Positions 58,633 to 64,000 of a DNA stretch of 64,000 nucleotides are shown here, piece after piece. The notes under the pieces were generated by a model. The model had not been told where the DNA came from, searched no databases, and saw only the letters and a list, made by a program, of their open reading frames with translations. This DNA comes from an uncultured Alphaproteobacteria bacterium. GTDB lineage: Bacteria > Pseudomonadota > Alphaproteobacteria > Methylaequorales > Methylaequoraceae. A program made the position numbers and the translations under genes. Numbering within the stretch: position 1 is the first letter of the stretch; every line of letters starts with the position of its first letter. The DNA lies in assembly GCA_902536655.1 (NCBI GenBank), contig CACAYF010000002.1:8693-72692 (forward strand), given 5' to 3'.

Positions 58633-59505
58633 ATGAATCTTTCACCTGCAATTATAAAAGAATTAAGAGAAAAATCTGGTGCCGGAATGATGGATTGCAA
58701 AAAAGCATTAGACGAATCTGGAGGGGACGTTGAAAAAGCAATTGAATGGTTGAGAAAAAAAGGAATCAACACCGCTCAAAAAAAATCTTCAAGATCAGCC
58801 TCTGATGGTCTTATAACAGTAAAAATAGATGAAGATAAAGGTATCATTATCGAGGTAAATGCTGAAACAGATTTTGTCGCAAGGAACGAAAACTTTCAAA
58901 AATTTTGTGATGAACTTGCACTTACTGGTTTAAAAAATGATGTCGAAAGTGTTGAAAGTTTGCTAAATTGTAAATTTCTAGGTTCAAATCAAACTGTCCA
59001 GGAAAATCTTACGAATTTAATTTCAAAATTAGGAGAAAATATTGTTATTCGTAGACTTGAATTCATAAACGTAAAGTCAGGTTCTTTGGAAAAATATCTT
59101 CATAATTCTATCAATCTTAATTCTGGTAAGATTGGTGTCTTACTCTCTTTTAAATCAAATCAAAGAAATGAAAATGTTACTGATTTTTCTAAAAATATAT
59201 GTATGCATATTGCTGCCTCAGATCCAAAATCGATTAATATTGAGAGTCTTGATAATAATTTTGTAGACAAAGAGAGGTCAATTTATATTGAACAACTAAA
59301 GTCTTCTAAAAAGTCCGATGAAATAATTGAAAAGATTGTTGATGGAAAAATCAAAAAATTTTATCAAGAAGTTTGTCTTTTAGAACAAACTTTTGTTATG
59401 GATGGTAAGATAAAAGTTAATGAGTGTATCTCTAAATTTAATAAAGACCATAACGAAATTTTTGAAATTAATGATTATGTTATATTTAAACTAGGTCAAG
59501 AATAG
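58633..59505 (+). CDS. tsf: elongation factor Ts
   Basis: IKELREKSGAGMMDCKKAL.ES.GD.EKAIEWLRKKG (UBA-like N domain). 290 aa. Confidence 0.95.
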   Translation: MNLSPAIIKELREKSGAGMMDCKKALDESGGDVEKAIEWLRKKGINTAQKKSSRSASDGLITVKIDEDKGIIIEVNAETDFVARNENFQKFCDELALTGLKNDVESVESLLNCKFLGSNQTVQENLTNLISKLGENIVIRRLEFINVKSGSLEKYLHNSINLNSGKIGVLLSFKSNQRNENVTDFSKNICMHIAASDPKSINIESLDNNFVDKERSIYIEQLKSSKKSDEIIEKIVDGKIKKFYQEVCLLEQTFVMDGKIKVNECISKFNKDHNEIFEINDYVIFKLGQE

Positions 59506-59512
59506 TATTGTT

Positions 59513-60226
59513 TTGAAAAAATTTGATTACAAACACATTATGCTTAAACTTTCCGGCGAAGCATTGATGGGGGATCAAGATTTTGGAATAGATTTGAACA
59601 CCATAAATTCAATTACAGATCAAATTATTTATGTTTTTAAAAAAGGAATTAAAGTGTCCATAGTTGTAGGTGGAGGCAATATATTTAGAGGCATATCTGC
59701 ATCGTCAAAGGGAATGGATCGTTCTTCTGCTGATTACACAGGTATGATGGCAACAGTAATGAATTCTTTAATCTTACAAAACTCTATTGAACAAAAAGGA
59801 ATTGATACCAGGGTTCAATCAGCTTTAAAGATTGAGAACGTTTGTGAATCATATATACGAAGAAGGGCAATGAGACACATCGAAAAAAATAGAATTGTTA
59901 TTTTTGCTGCTGGGACTGGAAATCCATATTTTACTACAGACACTGCAGCAGCATTAAGAGCCTCTGAGATTAAATGTGATATTCTCTTAAAAGCAACAAA
60001 AGTGGATGGTATTTATGATTCAGATCCAAAAAAAAATAAAAACGCTAAAAAGTTATACAACCTGAGTTATGATTATGTTATTAATAATGATTTAAAAATT
60101 ATGGATACTTCATCAATTTCACTAGCGAAGGAAAATCAAATTCCGATTCTAGTCTTTTCAATTCAAGAATATAATTCACTTAAAGAAATTGTTAACGGCA
60201 AAGGTAATTTTACTCTTATTCAGTGA
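59513..60226 (+). CDS. pyrH: UMP kinase
   Basis: MLKLSGEAL, VVGGGNIFRG, GTGNPYFTTDTAAALRA, TKVDG.YD.DP. TTG start. Confidence 0.95.
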   Translation: MKKFDYKHIMLKLSGEALMGDQDFGIDLNTINSITDQIIYVFKKGIKVSIVVGGGNIFRGISASSKGMDRSSADYTGMMATVMNSLILQNSIEQKGIDTRVQSALKIENVCESYIRRRAMRHIEKNRIVIFAAGTGNPYFTTDTAAALRASEIKCDILLKATKVDGIYDSDPKKNKNAKKLYNLSYDYVINNDLKIMDTSSISLAKENQIPILVFSIQEYNSLKEIVNGKGNFTLIQ

Positions 60227-60780
60227 TGACAATGGAATTTAACTTATACGAAGAAAAAATGGATAAAACTTTAAATAATCTTAGAAAAGAATATTTGGGT
60301 TTAAGAACAGGGAGAGCCTCAGCCTCTTTGCTTGAACCTGTTTCTGTTGATGCGTATGGTGCTAAAGTTCCGATAAACCAAGTTGGTAATATTAGTGTTC
60401 CTGAATCTCGACTCATAACAGTTCAAGTATGGGACGAAAGCTTAATTCAATCAGTTGAGAAAGCTATCAGAAATTCAGAACTAGGCTTAAACCCTATGAT
60501 TGAGGGTAATAATATAAGAGTTCCTATACCTGAATTGTCTCAAGAGAGAAGAATTGAAATTGTTAAAGTTGCATCTAAGTATTCTGAAGACGCAAAAATT
60601 ACAGTTAGAAATATAAGAAGAGATGCAATGGACAAAATAAAAGAAGAAGAAAAACAAAAAAAAATTTCAAAGGATGATAGTTTCCAATTTTCAGAAAAAA
60701 TTCAGAAACTCACTGATAAATATATTGAAAAAATCGAAAATACTTTTCAAGATAAGGAAAAGGATATTTTGCAAGTTTAA
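60226..60780 (+). CDS. frr: ribosome recycling factor
   Basis: LR.EY.GLRTGRAS..LLE.V.VDAYG...P.NQV..ISVPE.R...VQ.WD. RNIRRDA. The start could be GTG 60223, ATG 60226 or ATG 60232; TGATG overlap with pyrH. Confidence 0.9.
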   Translation: MTMEFNLYEEKMDKTLNNLRKEYLGLRTGRASASLLEPVSVDAYGAKVPINQVGNISVPESRLITVQVWDESLIQSVEKAIRNSELGLNPMIEGNNIRVPIPELSQERRIEIVKVASKYSEDAKITVRNIRRDAMDKIKEEEKQKKISKDDSFQFSEKIQKLTDKYIEKIENTFQDKEKDILQV

Positions 60781-61481
60781 TGTCCTTTGATTCAAATTTA
60801 CAGAAGCAATTACCAAATCATGTAGCGTTTATTATGGATGGTAACAGAAGATGGGCGAGGAAGAAAAAACTAAAAACAATAGATGGTCATAAGAAGGGTT
60901 CAGAAATTGTAAAAAAAATTGTAAAAAAGTCTCTCGAATTTAATATCAAGTATTTAACTTTTTTCAGTTTTTCAACAGAAAACTGGAGCCGTAGTAAGGA
61001 TGAAATATTAAATTTACAGACTTTATTAAGTTTTTATTTAGATTCTGAAGAAGAACATTTTATTAAAAAAAAAATTAAATTCTCGTTTATTGGAGAAATA
61101 GATAAATTCGACGATAAAATAAAATCAAAGCTTAAAAATTTACAATTGCTTACGAGTTCCTTTAACAAACTTTATTTTACTTTGGCATTAAGTTATGGTT
61201 CAAGAAGGGAAATTGTAAATTCTATTAAAAAAATAAATAAAAATTTAAGTTTACTGACCGAAGCAGATATTGCAAAAAGTTTGATGACAAGAGATATTCC
61301 TGATCCAGATTTGGTTATAAGAACATCTGGTGAAATGAGATTGTCCAATTTTTTGCTTTGGCAAGTCGCATATTCTGAACTTTATTTCACTAAAACGTTA
61401 TGGCCAGAATTTAATACTCAAAAATATGTTTTAGCACTTAAAAATTATATTAATAGGAAAAGAAGGTTTGGTGGTGATTGA
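60780..61481 (+). CDS. uppS: undecaprenyl-diphosphate synthase (cis-prenyltransferase)
   Basis: HVAFIMDGNRRWA, LTFFSFSTENW.R, IRTSGE.RLSNFLLWQ.AYSE.YF. Confidence 0.9.
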   Translation: MSFDSNLQKQLPNHVAFIMDGNRRWARKKKLKTIDGHKKGSEIVKKIVKKSLEFNIKYLTFFSFSTENWSRSKDEILNLQTLLSFYLDSEEEHFIKKKIKFSFIGEIDKFDDKIKSKLKNLQLLTSSFNKLYFTLALSYGSRREIVNSIKKINKNLSLLTEADIAKSLMTRDIPDPDLVIRTSGEMRLSNFLLWQVAYSELYFTKTLWPEFNTQKYVLALKNYINRKRRFGGD

Positions 61482-62310
61482 AAAAAACTCTTTATTTCTA
61501 AGAATATTATCATCTTTTGTGATGTTAACAATTTTTTTTGTTATAGTTCATTCTGAAAATTTGATTTTTTTAATCTTTTCCCAATTTTTATTATTTTTAA
61601 CATGTTGGGAGATTTTACGGATGTTGCAATTCAAAAGTTTTGCAAATAAAAATATAGACAGAAATAATTTTTTATTATCCAGATGCCAAATTAGACAATA
61701 CGATTTAATTTTAATTATTTTAATTAATTTATTTGTTTTTCTATTAAATTTCCCATTCCATGCTTCTCAAATTTTTTGTTTTATCCTTATTTCTATTTGC
61801 CTATTTAAATTAACAGATTTTTCAATAGTGAAAGTCATTTCTTTATTATATGTTATTTCTTCATTTATTTTTTTAAATAAATTGAGTCAAAATAGTGAAT
61901 TTATAAGTTTCATTGTTTTTATTGTTTTTTTCACAATGCTTGTTGATGTTTCTGCATATTTTATTGGTTCTATAATTGGTGGACCAAAAATTATGCCCAA
62001 AGTTAGTCCTAATAAAACAGTTGCCGGATGTATTGGAGGTTTAGTGATTCCAATTTTTTTTTGTACAATAATTTTTTTTAAAAATTCAAATATTTTAAAT
62101 ATTATTTATCTCTCATTTCTATTTTCTTTTATCTCTCAAATTGGTGATTTGATTGAATCAGGATTTAAAAGATATTGTTGTGTAAAGGATAGTAGCAGTA
62201 TAATTCCTGGTCATGGCGGATTATTAGACAGATTTGATAGCATACTTGCACTAATCATATTTGTTTCAATAATTAAGTTATTAGATTATAATTTTTTTTT
62301 TATAGTATAA
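61468..62310 (+). CDS. cdsA: phosphatidate cytidylyltransferase
   Basis: 280 aa polytopic. D..AYFIG...G..K..P.SP.KT..G.IGG and GD..ES..KR...VKDSS..IPGHGG.LDR.DS. Confidence 0.85.
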   Translation: MVVIEKNSLFLRILSSFVMLTIFFVIVHSENLIFLIFSQFLLFLTCWEILRMLQFKSFANKNIDRNNFLLSRCQIRQYDLILIILINLFVFLLNFPFHASQIFCFILISICLFKLTDFSIVKVISLLYVISSFIFLNKLSQNSEFISFIVFIVFFTMLVDVSAYFIGSIIGGPKIMPKVSPNKTVAGCIGGLVIPIFFCTIIFFKNSNILNIIYLSFLFSFISQIGDLIESGFKRYCCVKDSSSIIPGHGGLLDRFDSILALIIFVSIIKLLDYNFFFIV

Positions 62311-62317
62311 TTTGTTT

Positions 62318-63478
62318 ATGAAAAAAAAAATTACAATTTTTGGCTCAACTGGTTCAATTGGACAATCTACTCTTGATATAATAAAACATAATCGTGATAA
62401 ATATGAAGTAATCGCACTTACAGCTAATAAAAATTACTTAAGGTTACTTAAACAAGTTGACTTGTTTAAACCAAAAATTGTTTCTATTAATGATAATGCT
62501 TCATATAAAAAATTTATCGATTTAAATGTAAACAAAAATTTAAAAATACTTAATGGTTCAAACTCATACGAAGAAATACTTGATTTTAATACGGATCTAG
62601 TTATGGCGGCAATAACTGGCTCAGCTGGATTACTTCCAGTTGTCTCTGCTTTAAAGAAAGGCTTGTCAATTGCATTAGCAAATAAAGAGAGTTTGGTTTG
62701 TTCTGGATCTTTGGTTACTTCACTCGCCAAAAGTAATAATGCTAAAATCCTTCCAGTTGATTCTGAACATAACGCGATTTACCAAGTTTTAGATTCTAAA
62801 AATAAATCAAAAATTTCAAGACTTATATTAACTGCTTCCGGTGGCCCCTTTTTTAAAAAAGAAATTTCTGAACTTAAACATATTACTCCTAAAGAGGCAA
62901 TCAAGCATCCAAACTGGTCTATGGGAAAAAAAATTTCTATTGATTCAGCAACAATGATGAATAAAGGTTTAGAATTAATTGAAGCATGTTATCTATTCGA
63001 TATTCATCAAAAAAATATAGATGTGGTAATTCACCCTGAATCTATTATTCATTCTTGTGTTGAATACATGGATGGCTCAATGTTAGCGCAAATGGGAACG
63101 CCAGATATGAGAACACCAATATCTTTTACCTTGGCATATCCTGAGAGAATAAAAACAAATGTTCGAAGACTAAATCTATCAGAAATTAAAAAACTTACTT
63201 TTTTCGAGCCCGATTTGAATAAATATCCTTGTCTACAACTTGCCTATAATTCTCTTGAAATCGGAAAAAGTGCCCCGACCATTCTTAATGCAGCAAATGA
63301 GGTTGCAGTTCAAAGATTCTTAGAAAAGAAGATTAAATTTCTTTCAATAGCAAAGGTTGTCGAAAAAACTTTAAAAAATTCTTCTACATGTAGTATCAAT
63401 AGTATAAAAGATGTAATTGAAATAGATAAAGAATCTAGAGATTTAACAAATAGTATTATAAAGTCAGGATCTTTTTAA
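62318..63478 (+). CDS. dxr: 1-deoxy-D-xylulose 5-phosphate reductoisomerase
   Basis: KITIFGSTGSIGQSTLD, LANKESLV, PVDSEHNAI.Q, SGGPF, HPNWSMG.KISIDSATMMNKGLE.IEA. ATG 62318 is preferred over the ORF-track TTG 62312. Confidence 0.9.
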   Translation: MKKKITIFGSTGSIGQSTLDIIKHNRDKYEVIALTANKNYLRLLKQVDLFKPKIVSINDNASYKKFIDLNVNKNLKILNGSNSYEEILDFNTDLVMAAITGSAGLLPVVSALKKGLSIALANKESLVCSGSLVTSLAKSNNAKILPVDSEHNAIYQVLDSKNKSKISRLILTASGGPFFKKEISELKHITPKEAIKHPNWSMGKKISIDSATMMNKGLELIEACYLFDIHQKNIDVVIHPESIIHSCVEYMDGSMLAQMGTPDMRTPISFTLAYPERIKTNVRRLNLSEIKKLTFFEPDLNKYPCLQLAYNSLEIGKSAPTILNAANEVAVQRFLEKKIKFLSIAKVVEKTLKNSSTCSINSIKDVIEIDKESRDLTNSIIKSGSF

Positions 63479-63486
63479 ATTTTACA

Positions 63487-64000
63487 ATGATTGATATAAT
63501 TTTAAACAATTTAATACCTTTTATAATAATTTTAACAATACTAGTTTTTGTTCATGAATTGGGTCACTATTTGATCGCTCTTAAAAATGGAGTAAAAGTT
63601 GAAGTTTTTTCAATTGGTTTTGGAAAAGAATTATTCGGATTTACTGATAAAAATAAAACTAGATGGAAATTTTCCTTAATTCCACTAGGCGGATATGTCA
63701 AAATGCATGGAGATTTAGATGAAGCGAGTACAAAAAAAAATGAATCTAATAAAGTAATAGCTGAGCAATCATTCCATGAAAAAACAGTATATCAAAGGTC
63801 AATGATTCTTGTTGCAGGGCCTGCAGCTAACTTCATTTTTTCATTTATCTTGTTAATCTTTATCAATATATTTTTCGGGATGTCAATAGACAAACCTGAA
63901 ATAAGCTATGTTGAAAAAGACATGCCTGCATACAATTCAGGGTTAAAAGAAGGTGATCTAATTCTTGAAATTAATGGAAATAAAATAGAAAAATTTACAG
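63487..64000 (+). CDS. rseP: RIP zinc metalloprotease RseP (site-2 protease), 5' part; continues past the right edge
   Basis: Own translation from ATG 63487: MIDIILNNLIPFIIILTILVFVHELGHYLIALKNGVKVEVFSIGFG...IPLGGYVKM. HExxH in TM1. Conserved position after dxr. Confidence 0.85.
   Translation, partial: MIDIILNNLIPFIIILTILVFVHELGHYLIALKNGVKVEVFSIGFGKELFGFTDKNKTRWKFSLIPLGGYVKMHGDLDEASTKKNESNKVIAEQSFHEKTVYQRSMILVAGPAANFIFSFILLIFINIFFGMSIDKPEISYVEKDMPAYNSGLKEGDLILEINGNKIEKFT

Noticed and set aside
47566-62730. Embedded ORFs in the right half: 46974-47174 (just upstream of this range), 47566-47769, 49397-49807, 51943-52161, 52458-52766, 54103-54399, 58027-58233, 58572-58772, 60216-60416 and 62434-62730
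   Set aside because: They overlap conserved housekeeping genes (nuoN, birA, rnj, proS, lolE, lolD, rpsB, tsf, frr, dxr), so they are shadow or alternate-frame ORFs.
1-64000. CRISPR arrays, transposases/IS elements, prophage genes, reverse transcriptases, toxin-antitoxin pairs and rRNA genes
   Set aside because: I looked for regularly spaced direct repeats, terminal inverted repeats and hallmark motifs (DDE, YxDD, tyrosine recombinase R..H..R..Y) on both strands and found none. Repetition is limited to A/T homopolymers and short AT-rich palindromes.

Overview
The window is very AT-rich (about 30% GC by eye, not computed) and extremely gene-dense. Many start/stop codons overlap and intergenic spacers are often 0-10 nt. 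Gene content and synteny match a streamlined free-living alphaproteobacterium of the SAR11/Pelagibacterales type; this is inferred from the sequence only, with no database search.

The right two thirds (about 23.9-64 kb) are core housekeeping, almost all on the + strand:
- nnr, tRNA-Leu, tig-clpP-clpX-lon-hupB, tRNA-Val and tRNA-Asp
- a complete contiguous nuoA-N operon
- birA-coaX-rnj-mce-DUF1467-proS-lolC/E-lolD-dnaE
- rpsB-tsf-pyrH-frr-uppS-cdsA-dxr-rseP

The left third is accessory-like:
- a type III polyketide synthase plus an ICMT-like methyltransferase
- a glucosylglycerate cassette (phosphatase, GpgS, GH13 phosphorylase)
- metal/ABC transport genes, coq7, nth and an orphan bioB
- an approximately 8 kb stretch (12.2-21 kb) of uncharacterised genes

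That 8 kb stretch holds a 645-aa orphan protein, a tandem TerB-like protein, an Asn-rich coiled-coil protein, a tail-anchored J-domain protein, a cupredoxin-like protein, a photolyase-like protein with apparently permuted domain order, and two small ORFs missing from the ORF track.

I found no CRISPR array, transposase, integrase, reverse transcriptase or recognisable defence system. The best candidates for something new are the 12.7-18.5 kb orphan/TerB/J-domain neighbourhood, the permuted photolyase-like gene, and the gpgS gene that seems to start at a non-canonical AUU codon.
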